A model generated the notes under the pieces. That model was not told where the DNA came from and made no database searches. It was given only the letters and a program-made list of their open reading frames with translations. From Parcubacteria group bacterium (lineage in GTDB: Bacteria; Patescibacteriota; Patescibacteriia; UBA2169): 64,000 nt of DNA. Positions within the stretch are counted from its first letter, which is position 1; every line of letters begins with the position of its first letter. Both the position numbers and the translations under genes were made by a program. Location of the stretch: the NCBI GenBank assembly GCA_016181765.1, contig JACOYR010000001.1, positions 157,062 through 221,061 on the forward strand, written 5' to 3'. Shown piece after piece: positions 37,108 through 46,677 of the stretch.

Positions 37108-39389
37108 AAAGCGCTCTGCTTGAGTTCGGAAATATTGCCATCCCGGATCGCTTGGATGAACACGGCGGCCTCCGGCGCAAAGCCCGGATCAAGTTCCGCG
37201 GCTTTTTGAGCCGCCCGAATCGCATCCTCGTACCGGTCAGCCAGCACATACCCTATGGCCAAGGCCGAGTAAGCGCGTGCGTTTCTGGGTTCAAACTTAG
37301 CGAGGTGCTCGTACACCGTAACCATTTTCTGATACTCGCCGGCCGCGGCAAGTTCTTCAGCCAGCACATAGGCAATGGTGGTAACCTCGGGCTGGCGGCC
37401 ATACTCAATAAAGGACTTGTTCACAATTGCGTCATACGCCTCGGAAAGATCGCCGCTCGTCAAAAAAGCGCGGCCCAGGTAGTAATACGTCGCCCCAAAG
37501 CGCGGCTCCAGCTCCACTGCCTGCTTAAGGATTTCAATGGCTCTCTCACTCTCTCCGGCAAGCACATATGACTCGCCGAGCACCAAATACATCTGAATGC
37601 GGCCCGGGGAAAGTTCGCGTGCCCGTTCCAGGTAGCCAATGGCATCGGCAAGGCGCTCCTTGTTGTCGTCAATCAGAAACCACGTATTGTTGAGCTGGCC
37701 AAGCTTTAGATAAAACACCGCGTCATTCGGCTTTTTTTTAATCTCCCGCAAAAGCGCCTGTTCTGCTTCGGAAAACGCGGCGAGTATATCCGCTTTAAGG
37801 GCTCCGGATGCCTGAATCTGGTCGTTTTTTTCAGACAAGCCCATCAAATACTCAACAAAATTGAGTGTTACATTCTCGGATGGAATGAGGTTAACCGCAA
37901 CCGCCCGGCGGTAGTGGGCCAATGATTCCGCAATATCCTCGGTAAGGAACGCCTGGCCCGTGTTCCTGGCCGCGCGAATTACGTTGGTGTTTAGGGCAAC
38001 AATCGCCCAGAGCGCGAGCGGCACGAGTAGAACCGCGGCTGTGATCGGCCCTGCCTTTGCGGGGCTCTGCTCGTGATTGCGCAAAGCCGCGCTATCGCGG
38101 TACCGAAACTCAACGAGCGCCAAAAACGCCGCAAAAAATAGGAGCGAGTGGAAATCATCAAACACAAAAAACAAATATGTAAAGTACGCGATTGAGAGTC
38201 CGCCGAACAGCAGAAACTCACCGAGCGCAAAGCGCCGACTCCGGTACCCGCGAACCAGGTACCAGCCAACCAGCGCCGGAAACCCCATGTACAGCGCAAG
38301 CGCTATGATGCCTGACTCGGCAAGAATGTTAAAAAACTGGTTGTGCGCCCTATCAAAGTACGTTTCCGTTGGGGCGAGCAGATAGTACTCTGCCGGAAAA
38401 TACTCGTTAAAAAGAATGTTATAGTTCTCCATGCCCACGCCGGTAAGCGGGTCCTTGCGAAATCCCTGAATGGCCGCGTTCCACCCGATAAAACGGGTTT
38501 GAGACGTGCTGTCGCTGATTGAAATGGTGACCACGCGCCGCAAAACCGGAACCGTGCGCACGAGAGGCGAACTGCGGAACTGGAAACCAAGCGCAAGCGC
38601 CAATGCCGCCAGCACGAAAAGCGCGCCAATGGCCTGCTTTGCCATCCGGCGGCGCCCCAGAAATACATACGCAAGACCAGCGAAAGCCGCGCCCGCAAGC
38701 AAACCAAGATACGCGCCTCGGATGTCCGTGAGCGTGAATGCGTACAAATCTATCGCGATGACAGAAAGGTAAAACAGTCGAGCCCGGTTGCCTTTATGTG
38801 TCCGCATCAAAAGATACAGCGCAAACGCGATGTTGAAAAGCAGATACATGGCAACGTACGTCGGGTTGCCGAGCGTTGAAACAATGCGCGTCCCCTCCCC
38901 GGCGCCAAAGAGATAGATGCCGAACAAATCCGGACTGCGCTGAAGAATGCCGTAGATGCTTACGCCGATGCTCGTGATAAGCGACACATGGAAAAACACG
39001 CGCCACTGCCGCTCCCCAAAAAACATGCGGCTAAGCACATAAAACAAAAATAAATGCCCCACCGTAAAAATTCCCCACATGCGCTCCAAATCCCCGAAAA
39101 AACTTGCTAAGGGCGCCTCGCCGAAGAGAGCGGCAATGGATTCAACCATGAGCAGACCCAAAAAAATCCAAAAAAAGTACTGCTGTTTGAGGTTCGTAAA
39201 CCGAATGCGTCCCAAAGCCCAAAGCCACACAGCCAGCGTCGCGACAATCTCAATGATGATGCGGAAGAATACGGTCCTGATAGTGACATACGGAAACGTG
39301 AATCCTGGCCACAACACAAGCGGGAGCACTGCGCTTGTGTACAGGAGCACGCGAGAAACGGTTATGAACTTTTGATTGGCATCTTGCAT
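37104..39389 (-). CDS. Wzy_C (O-antigen ligase / O-oligosaccharyltransferase) family membrane protein with C-terminal TPR repeat domain
   Basis: RFIGWNAAIQGFRKDPLTGVGMENY...DRAHNQFFNILAESGII is the Wzy_C signature. At least 10 TM helices. The C-terminal part of about 300 aa carries TPR-like repeats (AIEILKQAVELEPRFGATYYYLGRAF...). Start set at the internal MQDANQ, because the track ORF start (39692) reads through the terminator hairpin as Pro/Gln-rich low-complexity sequence. Confidence 0.75.
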   Translation of the reverse strand: MQDANQKFITVSRVLLYTSAVLPLVLWPGFTFPYVTIRTVFFRIIIEIVATLAVWLWALGRIRFTNLKQQYFFWIFLGLLMVESIAALFGEAPLASFFGDLERMWGIFTVGHLFLFYVLSRMFFGERQWRVFFHVSLITSIGVSIYGILQRSPDLFGIYLFGAGEGTRIVSTLGNPTYVAMYLLFNIAFALYLLMRTHKGNRARLFYLSVIAIDLYAFTLTDIRGAYLGLLAGAAFAGLAYVFLGRRRMAKQAIGALFVLAALALALGFQFRSSPLVRTVPVLRRVVTISISDSTSQTRFIGWNAAIQGFRKDPLTGVGMENYNILFNEYFPAEYYLLAPTETYFDRAHNQFFNILAESGIIALALYMGFPALVGWYLVRGYRSRRFALGEFLLFGGLSIAYFTYLFFVFDDFHSLLFFAAFLALVEFRYRDSAALRNHEQSPAKAGPITAAVLLVPLALWAIVALNTNVIRAARNTGQAFLTEDIAESLAHYRRAVAVNLIPSENVTLNFVEYLMGLSEKNDQIQASGALKADILAAFSEAEQALLREIKKKPNDAVFYLKLGQLNNTWFLIDDNKERLADAIGYLERARELSPGRIQMYLVLGESYVLAGESERAIEILKQAVELEPRFGATYYYLGRAFLTSGDLSEAYDAIVNKSFIEYGRQPEVTTIAYVLAEELAAAGEYQKMVTVYEHLAKFEPRNARAYSALAIGYVLADRYEDAIRAAQKAAELDPGFAPEAAVFIQAIRDGNISELKQSAF

Positions 39390-39412
39390 GGGTTCATCAT
39401 AGCAGGAGCAAC

Positions 39413-39462
39413 AAAAAAAAGCACCCCCTCCTCTCGCGAGAGGAGGGGGGCTTTTTGCAATC
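39413..39462. terminator. Strong bidirectional rho-independent terminator (perfect 12-bp GC-rich inverted repeat flanked by A-run and T-run)
   Basis: aaaaaaaaGCACCCCCTCCTCTCGCGAGAGGAGGGGGGCttttt. It lies downstream of the giant surface-protein gene on the minus strand. Confidence 0.85.
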
Positions 39463-39495
39463 AGTTGTGTAGTAACTGACTGGAGAGAGAATCCC

Positions 39496-42400
39496 TTATG
39501 ACTTGGAGATTGTCCAACCGTCAAGCGGGATGTAAGAGGACTGGGTGCTTGATGTTGGCACCTGGTACCCATGCGTCCAGTCCTTGCCAGTACCTCTATT
39601 GAGGGTCGCAGCGGCTGACGCGTACGATTTCGCGCTATGGTCGTTAGTGTTTGCTGAATAGTCGGACCACAAGAAGTTGTAGTTTGTGGCATTCAAGCCA
39701 ACCACGCCGTAGCGGTAATTGGTTGTCACGTACGAGAGAGAGGAGAGGTCATGAGTCAAGGCCGCGGTCTGGGTGTCGTCCCCAAGGAGTTGGACTGTGA
39801 CCGAGTCAGAATCCGTGCTTGCTCCCACATGTGCGTTCGCCACGTCAAGCTTAAGCTCGTAGGTGTTGCTGGAGCCGGCATCAATGATCTCTTCCCCATC
39901 GCCATCGTCAGCATTGTCGTACCCAGTCCGCTGGTCACCCAGGAGAACTGTGACGTACGTGCTCGTTGAGTTCTCAGCCCGGCTGGCCAAACCCGCGTTC
40001 GCCATAGATTGCGATGTAAGGGTTGCGGTGCCGGAAGGCGAAAGCTCATCCCCTGCCGCAGTACCAGTGCCGTCAAAGATGACGTACTCGCTGGTGCCCA
40101 AGAGCGAACCGTTGCGATAGAGCTTGAAGTTGGAGAGCGAGAGCAAGGTGCTCGTGGTGGTGTCTGTCCATGAAACCTGGAACGTCATCTTCTTCAGGCG
40201 CACCTGCCCGCCCACTGCTGAAACTTTGAAGTTGGCAACCTGCTTCTGGCTGATTGCACCACCGGAAAGCGTAGTGGAGGTTAAGGCCATGCGCTCAACC
40301 AACGGGTATGCCCTGCGCACGGTGAGCGCGTTGCCGGTAACACCGGTTGTGGGGCCGTTCACTGCGGTTGAGGAGCCAACGCCCCGCGCTGTTATGGCAC
40401 GTGTAGTGCTAGAATCCTCCAAAGGAGTCGCATTCAAGGAGAATGTGTGCGTGGAACCGGATGAAATGGTCGGCCACACATTCACGTCCGCTTTCAGGGT
40501 AAGGGTCTTTTCCGTGCCCTTGGCCACGCGGTACGCATTGGAAGTTCCGAGGTTAAAGTCAACGTATCCGCCCAAGACCGGGGTTCCGGTTGCCAAGGTG
40601 AGAGCGGAAAGCGTGGACCCGATCGGCGTAGAACCATCAAAGAGCTTGAAGTTCTTGAGCGTTGAGGTCGGCTTGCCATCTGCAACGGTCGCGTTGAGCG
40701 TTTCCGCGGCAATGGTGTCGCTGATAATGAACCGCGTAACGTCAACATCTTCGGTAAGCGCCGTAAGCTTGAACTTATACACTTCAACGCCCGTGGCGCC
40801 GCCGGTGATGATGTTTGCTTTTACCTGGGCGCTGGAAGCCACGTTTTCAACCGTGAGGGAGCCGGAGGCCGCCAGATACAGGTTCTGTAAGCCCGCTGAC
40901 ATGGTTCCGTTGGCTGAAGCGCTGGTATCATCCCCGGTTGCGGTAACCGTTGACGGGTACACCACACCGCTTGTGTCAGCATTCACAGAATTAAGCTGGG
41001 TCGTGGTTGCGGAACTCAAGATATCAGCGTAGATGTTTACCACCATCTGCTTAGCCACGCCGAGCTTGATTGCCGGCGAGGCATTGAAGTTATAGGTGGT
41101 GTCTTCGGTATCCGTGAGCGTGCCCACGGTGGTGCCAATGGCTGTGCCAGCCGCATAGTTGCCGTTGGCGTCAGCCGGGCCGCCGGATTCAAGGCGCATA
41201 TTCTGGAATGTGTCAGCTAAGGAGGAGCCAGTGGTTGCGCCAACATCGTCCGTGAGCGTGATTTGCGTGACAGTCACGCCTTCACCCGCGCCGGCCGTAA
41301 TCACGAACGAGCCAATGATCACGTTCTGTTGGCCAAGTACGCCAGTCGGGTTAGCGGCAGACGCATCGCCAACTCCAGTGTTTTCAGCGACACTCAAGGT
41401 GCCGGAAGAACCAGTAAGCGTGTTGCCCGCGACAGAAGGCGTGCTAATGGCTGTGGAAGAAGAGAGAGCGCGCGCGTTAGACGAGCCCGCGGACAAGGTT
41501 ACGGAGATGGAAGCCGCAGCAGCGTAGTTGGTGCCTGCCGCATTCTTGGTGTCTCCGCGGATTTCAATCACTTTTGTGACGCTGGCTGGAATAACCACGC
41601 TCGCTCCGAACGTGAATGCCGCGTCGTCGTTGGTTGCATCAGTGTCGCTGGTTGAGCCGACCTGGGCCCCATCAAAGTACACCTTCACATTGTCCATGCC
41701 ATCCAGAGCGGCAGGAGTCGTAACGGTAAGGGAGTTGATGCGGACATCTTCGCCGGTTGCCTTGAAGTCAAATTTAGCCAAGGTAACGCCCGTCGCGCCA
41801 ACAGCCACATTGCCGGTCGGGGATGAAGTGCTCTTTGAAACAGTCAAAGAGCCGGCATTGACGGTGGTGTTGGTGGTTGAAGAGTTGGACTCAATAATGG
41901 TCCACGTATCCGCGCGGTTGAGCTTGACGTACACATTATACTGCTTGTCGTACACATTCATGTGGTACATCTCCTGCATCTGGAAGTGGATGGTGCGGCT
42001 GGAGCCGGATACCACGTCAAAAATGAGTGATACGGTCTTAGTCTTGCCTTTTTCAATGAGGTACGGGGTTGGGAACGTGAATACGATTTCGTCGCTGTCA
42101 TTCATGCTTGCTACGGTCTCGGAAACGTTAACTCCCCCAACCTGCAGCTGGAAGTCCTTGAGATCGGTCTTTGAGGCCGAACCGGTCATGGAAACCTTCA
42201 TGTACCGGATTTCCATGTCCTGGTCTGTCCCAGCCAGGGTGAAGCGCCATCCCTCGTGGTTATCGGTTCCCGGGTTCACGGTTGCGGCAGCGGCCGGGGA
42301 TACGTTCGTAAGGGTCACGTACCCAAGGTCAGAAGCGGTTGCAACACTCATGGTGTTGCCCATAAGCGGGAATGAGCCAGAAACCGAAGCCCCGTCCGTT

Positions 42401-43563
42401 GCAACGTCAGACGCTGAATTCATGGAGAAGTACATGGTCTTGCCGGAACCCGTGTCATCAGCAAGGTCAATGCGCAAGGTAACGTACTTGGTGGAACCTG
42501 CTGGAACCGTAATCAAGCCGCTGGCATTGGTGAATGTGACCACGCCCGATGAGTAGGAGTTGGACGCGGCGATAAAGCTGGAACCCACGCCATCGCCCTC
42601 AAACAGGTAGAGCGAGTTAGCATCCGCGTTCGCGGAAATGCCGCCGCGCGTGAATTTAAGGGTCGTCACTTTTACGGCGCCATCCGAGCCTGCGGTCAAA
42701 GCGACTTTGGTCAGGGGAATAAACGCCTGGGCTCCGTCATTGCCGCCGTTTGAAGAGTCAGCAATCACGGTTGCAGCAGCCGGAGTATCGCTTGCCAAGG
42801 AAACCGTCAACCCGGATCCAACCGGCGTTGTGGTGCCCGGAGGAGTGGTTACCACAGGAGCTGCGCCCACGCCGTCAGGAATAGTGACGGAAGATTCCTT
42901 TACCACAATCTGGGAGCCATCTGCATAGGTCTCGGAAGAAGGAATGGTAATAACCGGAATGTTCGCGTATCCATTCACCTTAATCACGTCCGTGGAAGCA
43001 AATGGCCGCTTCTGGTCCGCCTGCAAGAGGTAGACCGTGGAAGAGTTCGCGTACTTTACCAAGGTTCCGTTGGGGTGCGTGGTGGTTGAAGTCACCATGT
43101 CACCGGCTGCGCCATACTTGTCCAAAAAGGACTGCGGAAGCCAGGTGATGTTGTCGTAGTTGAATCCGAGCGTTTCAAAGACTTCGGCGGACACGATCGG
43201 GCGAAGTTTTTCGCCGGATACAAAGTACACTGCCGGTGTCTCTAATGCTCTGATCAACGCGCCATCGCGGAATTCCACGTCATTCCCGACGGTAAACCCG
43301 GACAGGTTCGTGGTGAACGTGCTACTGAAGTTCGCTGGGAAGCCCCAGGACGTGTACACGTTCTGGTGGGGGAATGGGTGAATAGTCACGCCATCCGCGT
43401 CCACAAGATACACTGCCGGATTGCCTGCGCCCTTAATGAGGTCGCCTGCTGCTGCACCGACTGTGACCGGCGCCAGCGCAAACAAACCAACGCTCCACAC
43501 TATGGTGGATACCGTTAAAGTAGCTGACAGGACCTTTTTAGAGTGTTTTATGATATCACTCAT
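39496..43563 (-). CDS. Very large secreted surface protein (1355 aa), rich in Thr, Ser, Gly and Ala, repetitive and probably beta-rich; S-layer/adhesin-like
   Basis: N-terminal signal peptide/TM helix (LSATLTVSTIVWSVGLFALAPVTVGAAAG). Three N-terminal repeats of about 55 aa (AVYLVDADGVTIHPF..., AVYFVSGEKLRPIVSAEVFETLGF..., TVYLLQADQKRPFASTDVIKVNGY...). About 40% of residues are T/S/G/A with almost no Cys. RBS AAGGAG lies upstream of the ATG. Confidence 0.8.
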   Translation of the reverse strand: MSDIIKHSKKVLSATLTVSTIVWSVGLFALAPVTVGAAAGDLIKGAGNPAVYLVDADGVTIHPFPHQNVYTSWGFPANFSSTFTTNLSGFTVGNDVEFRDGALIRALETPAVYFVSGEKLRPIVSAEVFETLGFNYDNITWLPQSFLDKYGAAGDMVTSTTTHPNGTLVKYANSSTVYLLQADQKRPFASTDVIKVNGYANIPVITIPSSETYADGSQIVVKESSVTIPDGVGAAPVVTTPPGTTTPVGSGLTVSLASDTPAAATVIADSSNGGNDGAQAFIPLTKVALTAGSDGAVKVTTLKFTRGGISANADANSLYLFEGDGVGSSFIAASNSYSSGVVTFTNASGLITVPAGSTKYVTLRIDLADDTGSGKTMYFSMNSASDVATDGASVSGSFPLMGNTMSVATASDLGYVTLTNVSPAAAATVNPGTDNHEGWRFTLAGTDQDMEIRYMKVSMTGSASKTDLKDFQLQVGGVNVSETVASMNDSDEIVFTFPTPYLIEKGKTKTVSLIFDVVSGSSRTIHFQMQEMYHMNVYDKQYNVYVKLNRADTWTIIESNSSTTNTTVNAGSLTVSKSTSSPTGNVAVGATGVTLAKFDFKATGEDVRINSLTVTTPAALDGMDNVKVYFDGAQVGSTSDTDATNDDAAFTFGASVVIPASVTKVIEIRGDTKNAAGTNYAAAASISVTLSAGSSNARALSSSTAISTPSVAGNTLTGSSGTLSVAENTGVGDASAANPTGVLGQQNVIIGSFVITAGAGEGVTVTQITLTDDVGATTGSSLADTFQNMRLESGGPADANGNYAAGTAIGTTVGTLTDTEDTTYNFNASPAIKLGVAKQMVVNIYADILSSATTTQLNSVNADTSGVVYPSTVTATGDDTSASANGTMSAGLQNLYLAASGSLTVENVASSAQVKANIITGGATGVEVYKFKLTALTEDVDVTRFIISDTIAAETLNATVADGKPTSTLKNFKLFDGSTPIGSTLSALTLATGTPVLGGYVDFNLGTSNAYRVAKGTEKTLTLKADVNVWPTISSGSTHTFSLNATPLEDSSTTRAITARGVGSSTAVNGPTTGVTGNALTVRRAYPLVERMALTSTTLSGGAISQKQVANFKVSAVGGQVRLKKMTFQVSWTDTTTSTLLSLSNFKLYRNGSLLGTSEYVIFDGTGTAAGDELSPSGTATLTSQSMANAGLASRAENSTSTYVTVLLGDQRTGYDNADDGDGEEIIDAGSSNTYELKLDVANAHVGASTDSDSVTVQLLGDDTQTAALTHDLSSLSYVTTNYRYGVVGLNATNYNFLWSDYSANTNDHSAKSYASAAATLNRGTGKDWTHGYQVPTSSTQSSYIPLDGWTISKS

Positions 43564-43797
43564 ATAGGTTCTCCTTTTAGGTATTCCCGCCGACCTGGCG
43601 GAAATAGTTGTTTATTATAGGACTTTCTCGGCTGATCGCTTCAAAACTCTGAACCGAATCAGGCGCGAAAGCCCTATGCTTGGTTAATAAAGGTTAATAA
43701 GAAAATCAAACAAAACAATACTTTTACCGGAAACAATTCGTCTCATTCACTAATATGAGACGGAAATCAATGCACATTCGTTACATTTACGCTTTTA

Positions 43798-43825
43798 TTT
43801 ATAGCAGATTTCATTCAGATGTCAA
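43798..43825 (-). promoter_or_regulatory. Sigma-70-type promoter candidate for the surface-protein gene (TTGACA-16 nt-TATAAA on minus strand), giving a leader of about 225 nt
   Basis: The reverse complement reads TTGACAtctgaatgaaatctgcTATAAA. The leader contains a 9-bp inverted repeat (cgtctcata...tatgagacg) at about 43736 to 43765. Confidence 0.4.
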
Positions 43826-43911
43826 CAATTATTATAGCACGCTTTCCCATTTGGAATCAATACAGTTATACACAAAGCTTTATTTTGGCTAATGTTAGCG
43901 TGTTATTTGCT

Positions 43912-45279
43912 TTATGAACCAAATGACTCTTCCATAGATGTTTCGCCCTGATTGCTGTTCTCTTGCTCTATCTTCTGGTTAAACGCACTTGGAGTGCTTG
44001 TTCCAAGTGTTGACGGATTAGTAGTTTCTGTGTCTTTGCTCTGTTTTTCAGTTCCTTCAGCAATTGCTTTTGCCTCTTTTACTTTTTCCACTACCTGCCC
44101 CAGCTGGCCCATATCTTTGGTATCAAGAATTTTCTTGGCCTCATCAATTGCCTCTTGAACCTGGCTTGGCGCGGAAGGAACTTTTATGAGCACTGGCTGT
44201 GTGGATGAAGCCGCAGTAGTGGCAGCGGGTGGCGCTACCGGCGCAGTATCTATGTTCTTTTCAATCTTATCAATCTTTTTCTGTATTTTATCAACCGCCT
44301 CCTGCTGCACGGTTTCACTCTTGGATGTTTGGGCTTTTCCCACAAACACCTCAAGGGACTTGATGTTTGCCTGGTCAACCGCATCAAGCGCGCTGTCCAG
44401 AGTCGCCAAGAGATCTCTTCCCGCTGCTGAATCAGCTTGGGCATCTTTTGGCGATACACCCTCTTCCGCAACCGCAGGAGTGGTTGTAGATGTTCCCAGC
44501 GCCTGTTGGGTGCTGCTTGCTGCTTCAGCCGGCAACGTTACTGCATCTGCTCCCCCTGCAGGTTCAGGCTCTGCGCCTGAACCTGGTGGCATATCTTTGG
44601 GAGAGGAACCTGATTCGCCAGTTTCTGGCGCCTGCGGAGCGCTCTTTTGCTCGGAAAGCTGTTCTTTGATCACCAGCAAATCTTCAGCCAGTTGAATAGT
44701 TGCGGTATTTACCAGCCCAGAAATTTTAAGGACCTTTTCCTCGGATTTTTCTTCCTGGCCCATCTTTTCAAGCCGTTTCTGCACTGAATGCAAATCATTG
44801 CTGAACCGCTTCATGGCCTGTTCAATGTGCGGTGCGCTTTCAGCCGTAGTGTCCTGCTTTAATATCTGGTTCACTTCAAGCAGACGGGAGGTGGCGAACG
44901 AAATTTCCAGTTCTGCCTTTTTTGATTCAGAAAACGCAACTCCAACTTGAGCCGCTTCAAGCCCGAGCTTCACCGAGTACAGCGCATCCCCGGGCAAACT
45001 CGCGCGGGCTGCCTGGACCGTGGACACGGAACTATACGAAACCACGGCAAAAATGAGCACAAAAGCGACCGCAGGCTTGAGTATGGCCTGGGCGAACAAG
45101 GTATGGAAAAGTTGGGAAAAGAATGCGCGGTCGCGCACTTCTGCTGGAGCATCCTGCCAAACATGGCTTCTGCGTATTTCGGCAAGCAGAGCCTCGCGCA
45201 CGCTTAAACGCCACGATTCTTGCGAATAAAGCGTGGTTCTGGATGCGCTAAGCTGTTTGATAAATCTGGAAAAACGCAT
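43912..45279 (-). CDS. Putative anti-sigma factor: single-pass membrane protein with cytoplasmic N-terminus, coiled-coil and Pro/Ala/Ser-rich extracytoplasmic region
   Basis: Lies 5 bp downstream of the ECF sigma gene on the same strand. Has a TM helix at about aa 65 to 88, then low-complexity and coiled-coil segments. No catalytic motifs. Confidence 0.5.
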   Translation of the reverse strand: MRFSRFIKQLSASRTTLYSQESWRLSVREALLAEIRRSHVWQDAPAEVRDRAFFSQLFHTLFAQAILKPAVAFVLIFAVVSYSSVSTVQAARASLPGDALYSVKLGLEAAQVGVAFSESKKAELEISFATSRLLEVNQILKQDTTAESAPHIEQAMKRFSNDLHSVQKRLEKMGQEEKSEEKVLKISGLVNTATIQLAEDLLVIKEQLSEQKSAPQAPETGESGSSPKDMPPGSGAEPEPAGGADAVTLPAEAASSTQQALGTSTTTPAVAEEGVSPKDAQADSAAGRDLLATLDSALDAVDQANIKSLEVFVGKAQTSKSETVQQEAVDKIQKKIDKIEKNIDTAPVAPPAATTAASSTQPVLIKVPSAPSQVQEAIDEAKKILDTKDMGQLGQVVEKVKEAKAIAEGTEKQSKDTETTNPSTLGTSTPSAFNQKIEQENSNQGETSMEESFGS

Positions 45280-45284
45280 AGTAA

Positions 45285-45857
45285 TCAGGCCTCTGGAATC
45301 AGTGTTTTAATCTGCTTAACGGCGCGGTGCAAGGCAACGCGGATTGCTCCGTTGGTTTTGCCCTGCGCTTCAGCTATCTCCTTAATGCTTAAGTCCTGCA
45401 CATAGCGCAGGATAATCAATTCCCGATGGTCGTCTGAAAGCTGGTCCAGCACCTGGAACACCAGGCGCATGTCATCGTTGTGCTGTATGTTTTCAACGAT
45501 GTTTGAACTCATGTCTTCAACCGACTCCAAGCCATCTTCATCAAAGGCGGCAACTTCTTTCTGGGAAGAACGGTAGTGGTCAATGACCACGTTCCGCGCA
45601 ATCCGGTACAGAAGGGCGCGGAAATCTTTAATGTATTTCTTTTGGACGCTTACGTACTGCCATGCTTTTAAGAACACTTCAGCGGTCACGTCTTGTGCCT
45701 CGTGCGTGTTCCTGACGCGCATCACTACAAACCGGTATATGTCTTCAACATATTTGTCGTACAGCGTTCCGAACGCCTGTTCGTCACCGGCAATGCTTGA
45801 GGCAATAAGAAACTGGTCGCTGAATTTCCCGCTCATACAAGAAGACGAAAAAACCAA
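45285..45857 (-). CDS. ECF-type RNA polymerase sigma-70 factor
   Basis: Region 2 (EQAFGTLYDKYVEDIYRFVVMRVRNTHEAQDVTAEVFLKAWQ) and region 4 HTH (LSDDHRELIILRYVQDLSIKEIAEAQGKTNGAIRVALHRA). Confidence 0.85.
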   Translation of the reverse strand: MVFSSSCMSGKFSDQFLIASSIAGDEQAFGTLYDKYVEDIYRFVVMRVRNTHEAQDVTAEVFLKAWQYVSVQKKYIKDFRALLYRIARNVVIDHYRSSQKEVAAFDEDGLESVEDMSSNIVENIQHNDDMRLVFQVLDQLSDDHRELIILRYVQDLSIKEIAEAQGKTNGAIRVALHRAVKQIKTLIPEA

Positions 45858-45927
45858 GTATTTGTTACCTGCCTTAATAAAAATAGGCTTTCACTTAAGC
45901 AGAAAAGCCCTTTTTTGTCTACATTTC

Positions 45928-46665
45928 CTATACCCAAGGAGTTGAAACGAGCACAATCAGAATGAAAAACGCGTATATCGCCAGTTTTTTGATGATAATC
46001 ATTTTTCTGATCCGCTCGGGGAAAAGATAATATTTGATGAAATCATAACAGAACAGAACCAATACCGTAAGGACTAAAGCAAGGGTCACCTCGGTAAACG
46101 GAAGCCAGGCAACCACCGAAAAGAGCTCTAATCCGAGCAAAAGCAGAACAAGCCAGGCGCTAAACACGCTCCCGGGAGGCGGTTGGAGCGTGCGCACGCC
46201 TGTGTAGGAAAACACGCCAAAACTCACCCCGAACACACTCAATGTTTCCCACACCTCCCAGCCAATCACCGAGAGCAGGCCAAAACTGGTTACAGACCAG
46301 AAAAAAGTCCCCCCGAAAAAGAGCGCCAAACGAACCGTAACCAGCTGGCTCTGTTCGGATCTTAAGCGTGCGCTCGCGTACATAAGCCCGAGCCACACGA
46401 GGAACGGAACCGCATATTTTATATAGGCAAAATCCAGCCATAAAAACCACCAGAATGCTCCCACCACGAATAAAACAACGGCAATCCGGTCTGCCATAAT
46501 GCCGCGGAACGGGCTTGTGTCATCCGAAAAGCGCACACTTACGATGCTTGAGCTGGCCAGGCACAAAAGCAGCCAGTACAGCACGCGGCCCGGGTCTGCG
46601 AGCGCAAGCTCCCAGCTTGCGAGAACCCCCAAAATTCCGAGCCAAAAAATAAGTGACTTTAGCAT
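45928..46665 (-). CDS. Hypothetical integral membrane protein (about 7 TM helices)
   Basis: Hydrophobic helices throughout. A terminator-like hairpin with a T-run lies just downstream, at about 45880 to 45915 on the minus strand. Confidence 0.5.
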   Translation of the reverse strand: MLKSLIFWLGILGVLASWELALADPGRVLYWLLLCLASSSIVSVRFSDDTSPFRGIMADRIAVVLFVVGAFWWFLWLDFAYIKYAVPFLVWLGLMYASARLRSEQSQLVTVRLALFFGGTFFWSVTSFGLLSVIGWEVWETLSVFGVSFGVFSYTGVRTLQPPPGSVFSAWLVLLLLGLELFSVVAWLPFTEVTLALVLTVLVLFCYDFIKYYLFPERIRKMIIIKKLAIYAFFILIVLVSTPWV

Positions 46666-46677
46666 ACTGCCTGCGGG

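Noticed and set aside
39390-39692. N-terminal 101 codons of the track's 862-aa ORF for the Wzy_C protein
   Set aside because: It reads through the strong terminator hairpin at 39413..39462 and is Pro/Gln/Arg-rich. The start was reassigned to the internal MQDANQ at about 39389.
40124-42556. 302-aa and 342-aa plus-strand ORFs
   Set aside because: They lie inside, and antisense to, the 1355-aa surface-protein gene. Codon-biased T/S/G/A-rich coding on one strand produces long open shadow frames.
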